The position numbers and the translations under genes were made by a program. This document shows positions 39,075 to 51,254 of a stretch of DNA of 64,000 nucleotides, in pieces (position 1 is the stretch's first letter; each line of letters starts with the position of its first letter). The stretch lies in assembly GCF_006345805.1 (NCBI RefSeq), contig NC_043024.1:17670001-17734000 (forward strand). Direction: 5' to 3'. The stretch comes from Octopus sinensis (Eukaryota). Under the pieces are notes generated by a model, which did not search any database, had not been told where the DNA came from, and was given only the letters and a program-made list of their open reading frames with translations.

Positions 39075-40379
39075 TTCGTTTCTGGATTTGGTTTGCAAGA
39101 TTCTTTATGTGAGTTCAAGACTACTGAAAAGGTTGGAAGACGCAACGAAAATTTTAGGAAAATAAAAATAAAGAATAAGTGGAAATTTTACTGTTGAGTG
39201 TGTTAAGGCACAAAAAGAAAATGACTCTCCCCAGACACAACAGTATATATATATATATATACTAGCAGCTAAGCCTGGTTTCACCAGGTCGGTTTGGATG
39301 ATGTGGCTGTAAAACCTGCTTGGTGTAAGCATTTGACTTGTTTGGGCACGCTTACGTTAAAAAACAATTTTAGAATGAATTTTTTTTTTCAAAACGCTAA
39401 ACTTAACTGACCAACAAAAAAAAAAACAATCAAGATTCAACCAAGTGTAAAAATGAACCCAAATACTAAGCAAACAAAGATGAACCATCCCACTTCCATT
39501 GCATGCGCGCGCACACACACACACAGATTCACATACCCACCTCTTTTACATGCACACATATTTTCACACAGAGTTGACATGCTGTTTGATTTATTTTTTT
39601 CAGCATACAATTTTCATCATCCCACTACCAAGTATGACATCACCCCTTCCTTCCTTATTCATCTATCACCCCTTCTTTTCTCATTCATAAACGCAAGAGT
39701 ATTATCATTAGTAGATTATCTCGGTAACCATGGGAACTATGAAAAATACAAAACCCAGCATCACCACGAGATCATTCTACACATCTGCGTAATTTTTTGC
39801 ACAATTCCACCCAGCCATTTGACCATGAATCCCAAGACAAGAAAGATTTGCCCATGTCAAATTTATATATATACACATGTGCATATCTTTATGTCTGTAT
39901 GCATATATGTATTTATGTATATGTGTGTGTCTATGTCTGTATATGTATATACCTGTTTCAGAAGTGTGCATGTGTGGGCCTGTCCCTGTGTGTATGCGCG
40001 CATGCGTGTGTCTACTGGATTAGTACTGACCTTGGACTAAACAACATCACCATCATCATAGTCGAGACTTTCTGCAGTCATTTAAAATGCTAGAAAGAGT
40101 GACCAAACCTTCATCAAAGTCACATGCTATTGTCTTAAAAATGGGGATGACATTTTGCTTAATGTCAAGAAATATGATTGGATCATCTGTGACCATTTGT
40201 CCGGGAGGGGACTAGTCGATTACATAGACCCCAGTGTTTCACTGGTACGTAATTTATCAACCCCGAAAGGATGAAAGGCAAAGTCGACCTCAGTGGAATT
40301 TGAACTCAGAACATAAAGACGGACAAAATGTTGCTAAGCATTTTGCCTGGCATGCTAACTATTCTGCCAGCCCACCGCC

Positions 40380-40415
<36 letters not shown>

Positions 40416-41339
40416 TAATAATAATAATAACCTTTTCTACTATAGGTACAAGGCCTGAAAATTTGGGGGAGGAGAATAGTTGATTAAATCAACCCCAGTA
40501 TTCAACTGGTACTTTTGGACTCAGAATGTTGCAGTAGATGAAATGCTGCTAAGCATTTCACCCAGAATGCTAATAGTTCTTATTTCTTTACTGTCCACAA
40601 GGGGCTACACACAGAGGGGACAAACAAGGACAGACAAATGGATTATGTCGATTATATTGACCCCAGTGTGTAACTGGTACTTAATTTATCGCCCCCAAAA
40701 GGATGAAAGGCAAAGTCGACCTCAGCGGAATTTGAACTCAGAACGTAGTGACAGACGAAATACTGCTAAGCATTTCGCCTGGCGCGCTAACGTTTCTGCC
40801 AGCTTGCTGCCTTCAACACCATTAACATTACCATTATCATCATCCCCTAACACCAACTTCAACATTACCACCACCACCCCGCCACTCCTATCCAGACCCC
40901 TCTGCTGTAGCAGATCTTTTGACACGGTGCCAGTTGATTAGCTAAATCTTTTCTATACTCTGGCCCCTTTCTTCTGCTATGGAAATAGAAAGGATTTTTG
41001 GCAAGTAGTCTCTTCACCAAGGCTGACCCAATACAACCAGACCTGTTTTCCCTCTAGCATGTCCCCTGCTCTATTCCACCCAACCACCACCACCACATTT
41101 CTTACTCATCACCAAAAACTACGTCTTTGGATTCTCATGTCTTACATTCTTGGCAATGGTGTCTGTGAATGACATCAGTTTGGCTTTTGGACCCTCACTT
41201 GTCAATAAAACCACTTTACAAAGGAGACAAAGTGACAGAGGCCATTGATTGCGTGTGAACGTATATATATATTTATACATCTATATTTTCAATTTCTTTT
41301 ATATATATATATCTTTGTCTATTTATATCTATCTATTGG

Positions 41340-41371
<32 letters not shown>

Positions 41372-41455
41372 TACACACACACACACACATTCACATTCAC
41401 ATATATGCACTCACTATATATATATATATAGTGAGCAGCAGAAATTCAACAAAAC

Positions 41456-41493
41456 CTGTTACTCGGAGTTTCACGTTCCCGTTCATCGGACAG
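41456..41493 (-). ncRNA. Type I hammerhead-ribozyme-like motif (variant core CCGAUGA)
   Basis: Minus strand ctgt-ccgatga-acg-ggaa-cgt-gaa-actc-c-gagt-a-acag: all three stems pair. Activity untested. Confidence 0.55.
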
Positions 41494-41610
41494 TTTTTTT
41501 AATATATATATATATCTGTAAAATAATATGTAACGATTATTCAATAGCCAAGATAAAACTCTGAGTTTCGCATGCTGAAGTGGAAACACCATCTCTTCGG
41601 TTATCTGGCC

Positions 41611-41663
41611 AGATAACCGAAGAGATGTTTCCACTTCAGCATGCGAAACTCAGAGTTTTATCT
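41611..41663 (+). ncRNA. Type I hammerhead-ribozyme-like motif (variant core CCGAAGA)
   Basis: Stem I agataa/ttatct (6 bp), core ccgaaga, stem II gatg..catgc, GAAA, stem III actc-a-gagt, predicted cleavage after U41657. Activity untested. Confidence 0.55.
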
Positions 41664-41777
41664 TGGCTATTGAATAATCGTTACATATTATTTTACAGAT
41701 AAATTTCCTCTATTTACATAGTATTCAGATCTCTTTCTTTCTTTTGTTATCTTACCATTTTGACCAATATATATATA

Positions 41778-42185
41778 GGCGGTGCAATGGCCCAGTGGTT
41801 AGGGCAGTGGATTTGTGGTCATAGGATTGCGGTTTCAATTTTCAGACCTGGCGTTGTGAGTGTTTATTAAGTGAATCACGCTAATCACACCCTAGTAGCA
41901 TCCTTCTTTCTTTCTTCCCCCCCCTCTTTTTTTGTTTTCGAAAGCACTAAAGCTCTTGAAAACCTAAAGCTCCACGAGGCTCCGTCAGGGAGTGGTGGAA
42001 AACCCTGCTGTATTCTTTCACTACAACTTTCTCTCACTCTTTCTTTCTGTTTCTGTTGTACCTGTATTTCAAAGGGCCAGCTTGTCACACTGAATCTCCC
42101 TGAGAACTACATTAAGGGTACACGTGTGTTTATGCAGCGCTCAGCCACTTACATGTTAATTTCATGTGCAAGCATTAATCCATAT
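41778..42185 (+). mobile_element. SINE family 4 variant with an internal ~75-bp insertion
   Basis: tRNA-like head ggtgcaatggcccagtggttagggcag...gtttcaattttc and body shared with 18690-18972. Extra segment at 41880-41958. Confidence 0.8.
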
Positions 42186-43573
42186 GTGTGAAGATATCTC
42201 ATCATCGTCATTGTCATCATCGTTCTTCTTGTCCAGGTATACTCAGGCATCTTCTATCTTTTACTGGCTTAGGTCATTGGTCAGTGGCCATGCTTGAAGC
42301 AGGGGTTTTAGTTGAATAGGTCAGCCCTCGACTCCACTCAGTATTTATTTTTAACTTGGTTGCTTATTCTAGTGCTCTCTTTCACTGAAGCACTAAATTA
42401 TGGGGATGCAAACAAGCCAACACCAGCTGCCAAGTGTTGGTGCTAGGGACAAATACAGACACTTAGATGCACACAAAACACTGAACCGTACAAAGGAGAT
42501 GACAGAAAATTGGGATATGTGATGCATTGCTGCACTCAAGGAAACCTGCCCACCACCACAGAATCAAGATCCTAAAACCAAGGTGCCATGTAAAATGCAT
42601 TGGTGTGAGTGCTGGAGCTACATAAAATGAACTGGTGCTTGTGCCATGTAAAAAGTACCCAGTACACTCTGTGGAGTGGTTGGCATTAGCGAGGGCACCA
42701 GGTCATAGAAGCCATGCCATACCAGAGTATGGAACCTGGTGAAACCCCTGACCTTGCCAGCTCCTGTCAAACCAAATGTTCCATGCCAGCATGGAAAGCA
42801 GACATTAAGGATGATGATGACGATGACAATGATATATACACACTGAGCTTTCAAATGGTTTCCTTTTACTAAATCCACTCACAAGGCATCGGTCAGTATG
42901 GAGGCTATAGCAGTAGACACACAAGCAAGGTGCCATGTAATGGGATTGAACTTGAAGCAGCCTAGCTGGAAGGTTAGCTTCCTATCCACTCTTCCATGCC
43001 AGTACACGAATGATAATACTGGAAGACAGAAACCTCATACAATATCCAATTCTCTTGCTAATCACACCCTAATAGCATCCTTCTTTCCCTTCTTTCTTTC
43101 TTTCTTCCCCTTTTTTCTTGTTTTCGAAAGCACTAGATTATAAAACATACCGAATACTGTTATACAAGAGAAATTATGCCTGAAAAGACAAGATGGTCAT
43201 TGCTGGAATGTCTTTGATCAATGTTCCACTGAATCAGGTCTGACCAGGAACTCATCATCCAACAACAATCTGCGGGAATTTAACTCGAGCATCAACCGCA
43301 TCAATGTGGGTGGGCCAATAAGGATTAACTATGCCAGATCCCCGTTATCGGACTGATGTGAAAGAGTCAAGTAAGTAACAACAACAGTGGCTGCAGTATA
43401 ATGCATCAAGCGATGCATCCGTCTGTCTTTGATACAACATGCTGCATGCTTGCAACAACAACGAGGACACCAGATGCAGAGAGAGAGGGAGAAGGAATTT
43501 CATGCACGGATGCATGATGCAAGCATGTCTTCTTAGATACTGCAATACCACACTGCGCAATGGGAAAATGCAT

Positions 43574-43604
<31 letters not shown>

Positions 43605-44692
43605 TGCATACATATATGTATATATATTTATATATATATGTGTGTATGTGTGTGTGTGTATGTATATTTGTATATACACACACACTTACATATGCATATG
43701 TGTATTCCAGTATGTGCATGCATTTACACACACACTCATATGCATATATACACACACTCACACATACACATATGCATACATACATACATATGTGTGTGTG
43801 TGTATATATATATATATATGTATATATATATGTATATGTGTGTTTATGTGTGTGTGTATATTTGTATATATACACTCACTCACATGCATACAATCACATA
43901 AGCATGTACAAATTTCGTGCCATAATGGATATCTGAATGAAACCACTAGCATGCATGATAGTATTTCCAGCTCAGCTGCTGGGTGTGTATACGTATACGT
44001 ATGCATATGTATGCTATTAGGTTATGATAATGTTCTCGTATGGAATGAGTCATAGCAATCATCTGATATAGAATATATACCATATCAATATCGATATCAT
44101 ATTCCCAGGACTGATATTATGTTTATGTCATGTGTGTATTATATAAATATTAAATGAACCATGTATCGATTTTTACGTCACACACACATATATTATTGGA
44201 AGTATCATGTCGGTATATATTATATCATGAGGTGAATCATGGATATACCATATGATGTAACAGAAATCCTGTGATGATATCGTATGGTAGCTTCATCGAT
44301 AATATCCTGTGGCAGAGGGTGGGTATGTGTATATTATATATATCATTATCATCATATAACAGCTGTTTTCCATGCTGGCATGGGTTAGACATTTTGACAG
44401 GATGTGGTGAGCCGCAGGGGCACATTAAACTCCAGTATCAGCTTTGGTATGGTTTCAGCAGCTAAATGCCCTTCATGATGCCAACCAATTTATGGAGGGT
44501 GCTTGCTACTGGCACTCATGAGATCACTAAGTAATTTACTAGACAAGGGAGGCTATAATTTATATTAATATATACACATGTGCATACATTTACATATATA
44601 TATAAATACACACACACACTGATATATACACATTTATATATATATATTTGTTGTGCAAGATTTTTTTATGTGAAATTGTGTGTTGAAACAGA

Positions 44693-45009
44693 TATTGTAT
44701 TTCGGAATGGTCATTTTGCCAGTTTAGCCAATAAAAACACATGCACGATATATTTGGTGTTACTTTGCTTCAGTGTTATTTATTTTTTACATTATACAAA
44801 ATGGCTGACAGTTAGTAAGGAGAGACACACAAATAAGAAAGAAGAAAGCAAAGGACCACTGATGTGGTCACAGGAGTGTGACGAAAGAACTCTGGCCGAA
44901 ATACGATTAAGTTTAATGTAAAAAATAAATAACACTGAAGCAAAGTAACACCAAATATATAGTGCGTGTGTTTTTATTGGCTAAACTGGCAAAATGACCA
45001 TTCCGAAAT

Positions 45010-45018
<9 letters not shown>
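44693..45018. mobile_element. Fold-back element, ~100-bp arms, hammerhead-like motif in the spacer
   Basis: Arms 44693-44794 and 44914-45018 are near-perfect inverted repeats. The spacer contains cca-ctgatgt-g-gtcaca-ggag-tgtgac-gaaa-gaactc-tgg. Confidence 0.75.
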
Positions 45019-45040
<22 letters not shown>

Positions 45041-45225
45041 GGTGCAAGTATGAGTATGTGACAAGAAGCTTGCTTTCCAACTACATGGCGCTGGGTTCAG
45101 TCCCACTGTGTGGCATTTGGACAAGTGTCTTCTATTGTAGACATGAGGCCAACCAAAGCCTTGTGAGTGGTTCTGATAGGCAGAAACTGAAGGAAGCCCA
45201 TCAGATGACTGAAACAAGTAAAAGA

Positions 45226-45285
<60 letters not shown>

Positions 45286-45307
45286 CACACACAAGCATTT
45301 ACACATG

Positions 45308-45518
45308 CAAGTGGGTTGCTGAAAAGTTCCTATCTCTAAGGGTATCACGAAAGGCCTGGTTGGAGGCCCAACCCTCTGTGTTCTTTTACAGGGCTTAGAA
45401 AAACTTCAGGACCGTTGCAATAAGTGTGTGAATCTGAGAGGGGAATATGTTGAATAAAAATCATAATTAACTGATCCTCCTGAATTTTCTTTTACCCAAA
45501 GCCAGGAACTTTTCAATA

Positions 45519-45520
<2 letters not shown>
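45308..45520 (+). mobile_element. Mariner-derived MITE (third family)
   Basis: TIR-like gggttgctgaaaagttcc / ggaacttttca. Internal GLEKLQDRCNKCVNLRGEYVE* is a mariner transposase C-terminus. Confidence 0.75.
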
Positions 45521-45597
<77 letters not shown>

Positions 45598-45998
45598 TGT
45601 ATGTGAGTTTATGTATGTGTATGCATGTATGTGCATATATGTTTGTGTGAGTGTGTGTGCACCTGTATGTGTGTCTGCACCATTCAAGTTACTGTGAAAA
45701 GGTGACTTAACCCCCACAGTTTCACTGTAAATCTTCAATGTTCAACAATCTCCTCTTGCAGTATGGCTCATGGTTCTGAGCAGTGATTGCTGCTGTTGCA
45801 TCAGTCTGCATGTCATGCACATCTGATGCACATTTGTGACATCAAAAACATCACTACTTTCCCACTTTCATAGTTTCCTCATGTGTGAAGGTTGCCAAGA
45901 AGGTTTAGTCCAGACATCTAACTACAAGAATCCTCCTGTTGCCCTTACCCAAGAACTGTGCACACAAATCTCCTGTTTCTGCTGCTCTTTAATAAATA

Positions 45999-46590
45999 TT
46001 GGGTTGTCCGAGAAGTTTGTGCCGATTTATAGTAGCTTACCTTTCGAATTATTTTAGAACATGGTTGAGTCCATGAAATAGGATTTGACTACACCTCCAT
46101 TTAGAGCACAGTTTAATCTATCTTTTTGGGGGAAGAAGGTTTATGTTCCTATAACCTGTGTTAATTCTGTAACCCTTTAAAATGGAAGATAAGAAAGTTC
46201 ATTTTCGGCACTTGATGCTTTGGGAACCAGACAAAAATTGCTGCAGCTCGGCTGGGATGTGCTACTCCACCCTCCATAGTCACCAGATATTGCTCCATCG
46301 AATTTCCACTTATTCAGGTCTCTGAATGTATTTCTAATGAGTGTATGTATGTATATATATATATGGTAAAAATTTCAATTCCTTGGATGATGTAAAAAGA
46401 TACCTTGATGAATTCTTTGCCATGAAACCACTTCAATTGTGGGAAGAGGGTATTTTCAAGTCAAAGGAAAGATGAAGACAAATTGTTCAACAAAATGGTT
46501 CATATTTGGTTGATTAAAAATGTAATGGCAAGTATTTATTGACCTTTTACTTTCCTTTAAAAATCAGCATGAACTTTCTGGACAACCCAA
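45999..46590 (+). mobile_element. Internally deleted mariner element, complete ends with TA TSD
   Basis: TA|ttgggttgtccgagaagtt ... aactttctggacaacccaa|TA. N-terminal MEDKKVHFRHLMLW is fused to the C-terminal LGWDVL..PDIAPS region. Confidence 0.93.
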
Positions 46591-47015
46591 TACAATCATC
46601 AGATGTCCCACAATTACAAGAAATGATTACCTCTACAGACAAGCATAAACAAACAATAATTCTTTCTTATCAGTGCAACTTAAGTTAAAGATAGTTGTTT
46701 GCGGTGGCAGACTGGGCAGATTGTCAGCTTGCCCGATGGCAAGTGGGCCACTGTGCCATTAGAATCCATATATGGGGGCCCATGTTAGTATCTAAGGGGC
46801 CCAGACCCCAAGTTTGTGAATTTTTTATTCACACCCAGAAGAATGCATTAATTATTTCAGTCTGGCTATGTTTGTAGACAGTTGAAAAAAAACAAAAATT
46901 AAATGATAGCACTGTAGTTGCAGGTGGGCCCCTTTAGTCTCCTGGCAACCAATATTTTTAGACTCAGTCCACCACTGCTTGTTTGACATATGTATTTCTA
47001 ATGAGTGTATGTATG

Positions 47016-47065
<50 letters not shown>

Positions 47066-47067
<2 letters not shown>

Positions 47068-47878
47068 CGAGTAAGCACATAAATGTGAAGCAAGGTGGGA
47101 AAAAATAGTACTCAAATACCGGAAGTAGAGGAATATGCTTTATCAGTAAAGCTGCAAAAACATCACAAAAATATCACAAAAAATTGCTACTCAGAGTTTC
47201 ATGTTCTCATTTGATCACAACTGCCTGACAAACATGAATGTAAAACTTGCAGTTTTGTGATATTTTTGTGAGGTTTTTGCATGTATGTATGTATGTACAC
47301 GTACGTACGTACGTACATACATACATTCATTTATTCATTCATTCCCACTTTAATAATTAGATGTTTACGAAAGGTGACTCTGATCGGAGTTTCTCACAGA
47401 TTACTTTTAAGTGAGAAACTCCTGTCAGAATCACCTTTTATAAACAGCTAATTATTAAAGAGGAAAAATTATCAGAAAAACGATTTCTATTAATTTTTTC
47501 TAATAAATAATACTGTACCAAGGACTTTCTATTTCTTATTCTACAACACACACACACACACCCCTCTCTCTCTTTCGGAGAGGCACTGAGCAGCTATACG
47601 CACACACACACACACATATGTACTTTATTATTATTAAAGCTGCAAAAAATCACAAAATATCACAAAGGATTGCTACTCAGAGTTTCACACTACCATTCAT
47701 TGAACAATTTTCAATCAAAACTGTCTGACAAATGAGAACATGGAACTCCGAGTAGCAATTTCTGGGAATATTTTTGTGATTTTTTGCAGCTTTAATAATA
47801 ATAAAGCGTATTACTCTACTTCCGGTATTTGAGTACTATTTTTTCCCACCTTGTTTCACGTTTATGTGCTTACTTTGG
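47066..47878. mobile_element. Large fold-back of Penelope-like terminal repeats with decayed hammerhead motifs
   Basis: Arms about 47066-47210 and 47730-47878 are inverted copies. Decayed motif ctgacaa-atg-agaa-cat-ggaac-tccgag-ta at 47725-47754. Partial internal copies are present. Confidence 0.7.
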
Positions 47879-47969
47879 TGTGTATATATATATAGAGAAA
47901 GAGGGAGAGAACAAAGTGTACGTATGCCGATATATATATATATATATAATATATATATATAATATATAT

Positions 47970-48712
47970 ATATAAAATACAGAATGGGACAAGAATGCAA
48001 AACCTCCAAATAGGCGATACAAAAAACATGGACGTGTCATTCGAAGCCTTTAATCTTCAGTCAAGACCCAGATCATCCTCGCAATTTCGGCTGATTAATC
48101 TTGAGATTGCTCCAATCTGGCCAGCCCCAAGGAAAAACTAAGCTAAGAGCATTAGATTCCTTGGAAAAAGGATTGAATATATACAAAACAAGGACGGAAA
48201 AACGGAGAATGTTGCACGAATATAAATACAAAAAAGCAATAATAATAATAATAGACCGCTGCCCAACTACTAGCTCTTTGTGTCGGACCACGGTCACGGC
48301 TAGATTGTTCTTTTCCTCTGCCGTAAGGCTTAATTCTCAACACGCCAGCTGAATTCAATTCATCTCCAGTCGAAAGACGCCTGTTGTTATGTTTTGTTAT
48401 TAATATTATTATTATTATTGTTTTTTTTTTGTATTTATATTAGTATTATTTTTGTATTTATATTCGTGCAACATTCTCCGTTTTTCTGTCCTTGTTTTGT
48501 ATACATTCGATCCTTTTTCCAAGGAATCTAATGCTCTTAGCTTAGTTTTTCCTTGAGGCTGGCCAGATTGGCACAATCTCAAGATTAATCAGCCGAAATT
48601 GTGAGGATGATCCGGTTCTTGACTGAAGATTAAAGGCTTTGAATGACCCGTCCGTGTTTTTTGTATCGTCTATTTGGATGTTTTGCGTTCTTGTCTCATT
48701 TTGTATTTTATA
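47970..48712. mobile_element. Fold-back element with ~280-bp inverted arms (Penelope-like tail-to-tail arrangement or MITE)
   Basis: 47970-48250 is the reverse complement of 48427-48712 with scattered substitutions. AAT/TTA tracts sit at the inner ends and the ~175-bp spacer is unique. Confidence 0.8.
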
Positions 48713-49329
48713 TTTATATATATATATATATATATATGCGTATATCATTATCATCATCATTAATGTCCGTTTTCTCTGCTGGCATGGGTTGGAAGGTTTC
48801 ACTGGAGCTGGCTTGGTTACTATGGCTGGATACCCTTCCTAATGCCAACCACTTTACAAAGAGTACTGGGTGCCTCTTATGTGTCATCAGCATGGGTGCC
48901 TTTTCATGTCACTGGCACAGGTGCCTTTAGTGTGTTGTCACCAGCACTGGCAACAACCACAATTTCACTTAGCTTGATGCGTTTTCTCAAACACAGCAAA
49001 CCACAAGAATTATCAAGCATTTCTATACACTTTCAGCGGTGCAGGTGTGTATACATGCATATAATGATTATGATAATTACGATATTAATGGTCATATCTT
49101 ATATGGTGCTCAGGTGCACCACGATTCATAGATGTGTAGTTGTATGCATATAAATATATATATATACACACATGTTTTCATGTGCGTGGTGCAGTTTCTT
49201 TTAAAAGTTCATTCCTAACCCAAGGCCTTCTTTGTTATTGTCTTCCTGTAAAAACCTTTTGCTGCTGATTTAATTGGCAAATACACATTTACGCACACAT
49301 TTATTTATATATATATAAATAAAAATATA

Positions 49330-49373
<44 letters not shown>

Positions 49374-49384
49374 AATATATATGT

Positions 49385-49421
<37 letters not shown>

Positions 49422-49588
49422 CACACACACGTGTGTATATTTAAGTATACATATGCATATATTTATACATATACATTTATGTACACACATATATGTATAT
49501 ATATATACACACACACAGACACATATATATATATGCATATATACATGTATATATGCATAAATATGTATATATATATATTCTGTCTCTT

Positions 49589-49624
<36 letters not shown>

Positions 49625-49633
49625 CTCTCTCTC

Positions 49634-49670
<37 letters not shown>

Positions 49671-49671
49671 T

Positions 49672-49704
<33 letters not shown>

Positions 49705-49714
49705 GATATATATA

Positions 49715-50078
49715 TGCAGGAGTGGCTGTGTGGTAAATAGCTTGCTTACCAGCCACATGGCTCCAGGTTCAGTCCCACTGCATGACACCTTAGGCATGTG
49801 TCTTCTATTATAGCTTCGGGCTGACCAAAGCCTTGTGAGTGGATTTGGTTGACAGAAACTGAAAGAAGCCCATCGTATATATGTTTGTGCATGTTTGTCT
49901 CCCACTATTGTTTGACATCCAATGGTGGCTTGACTATGTCCCTGTAACTTAGCGGTTCAGCAAAAGAGGACGATAGAATAAGTGCTAGGCTTACAAAGAA
50001 TAAGTCCAGGGATCGATTTGTTCCACTAAAGGTGGTGCTCCATCATGGCTGCAGTCAACTGACTGGAACAAATGAAAG
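49715..50078 (+). mobile_element. SINE family 1 copy
   Basis: Colinear with 62588-62988. Further copies at 34525-34920 (-), 36770-37165 (-), 38235-38470 (-), 45040-45225 (+), 55515-55865 (-), 55915-56270 (+) and 58655-59070 (+). Confidence 0.9.
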
Positions 50079-50134
50079 AATATATATATATATTCTTGTT
50101 TGTGCATACACACGCACACACAGAGCTCAACATA

Positions 50135-50170
<36 letters not shown>

Positions 50171-50179
50171 GGTAGATAG

Positions 50180-50210
<31 letters not shown>

Positions 50211-50703
50211 GATACCCATGCTCAGTGGATACCAGAAAACACTGTTTCTGGTAAATTAAATTAGGGAAGAAATTAAGCTCTGCATCTTGCTCCCTTGCTG
50301 AATTTTTCTGAAGGAAGTTGATCATAATGGTGTGTTGGTATTTGATATGCAGTGAGAAGGAAAGCTTGATCAAGGAATCAACAGTGTTGGGGGCTGAATA
50401 TAATCTGCATTTAGCCATTCTATAGAATTATTTCAGTCTTTGGAGATTTTTACTAAGTCAATTATTTGTAAAGTTTGTTCTTCATTCTATTGTAACACTC
50501 TATTCACATGTTATCATGTGATGCTGTACATATATACATATATATATGTGTGTGTGTGTGTATATATATTTGTATACACACACACACATGCACACAGATA
50601 TATGTCTATATGTATGTGTGTATATATAAATGTGTGTATGTATATAGATAGATAGATAAATAGATAGATTGATAAGTAGACAGATAGATAGATAGATGGA
50701 TAA

Positions 50704-50744
<41 letters not shown>

Positions 50745-51023
50745 GATATCTTTATTAGCCACACAGGGCCGAACACAGAGGGGATAAAATACAATTTAGA
50801 GCTTTTCTTTATGAAAGGAAAAAAAGAAGAAAATAGACAGAAAAGGAGGAAAAAATTCAGATCAAAAAGGATCGTGTAAAAAAAAAAGAATCCAATCAAA
50901 AGGGATTGTGTATCACAGAACAGTAAAAATATGGAAAACAGATTTGGCTTATCCATGGAAGGAAAAGCCTATGAAAAAGATCACAGTAAACTCAGGCAGG
51001 GCGGGGAAAACACACGAGAGCAA

Positions 51024-51060
<37 letters not shown>

Positions 51061-51254
51061 TTACTGGATCATGCTCAAAGTGGTTTTGTCATTCACACAT
51101 ACCATCTTTGCTACATTTACCCACCTTTTATTGTAACTTTCATGAGACAAAGCTTCCCTCTCTACTCTCACCTACCTTTTCAAGTGGTACTTGAAAAAGT
51201 TGATGAGTGATTGGCCAGTGATTTGTCTTTAAACCTTTCACTCAAGTCCACCAC

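Larger units (their letters stand above)
41436..41755. mobile_element. Penelope-like derived block with a perfect palindrome and three hammerhead-like motifs
   Basis: Palindrome 41513-41701 centred at 41608/41609. Hammerhead topologies at 41456-41493 (-), about 41551-41606 (-) and 41611-41663 (+). Confidence 0.7.

Noticed and set aside
39261-40070. Possible Helitron/Helentron-like element starting actagcagctaagcctggtttcaccagg
   Set aside because: Only the 5' motif is suggestive. No second copy or 3' end could be confirmed, and ORF 39453..40040 has no recognisable homology.
44050-44350. GATATC-rich, scrambled-looking stretch
   Set aside because: No repeat unit, ORF or structure could be defined. 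It may be degenerate low-complexity or low-quality sequence.
48030-48150. Possible hammerhead motifs in fold-back B (ctgaaga...cgaatgac and ggctg...cagccgaaa)
   Set aside because: Core elements do not assemble into one valid topology: A15.1 is missing in one and CUGANGA is missing in the other.
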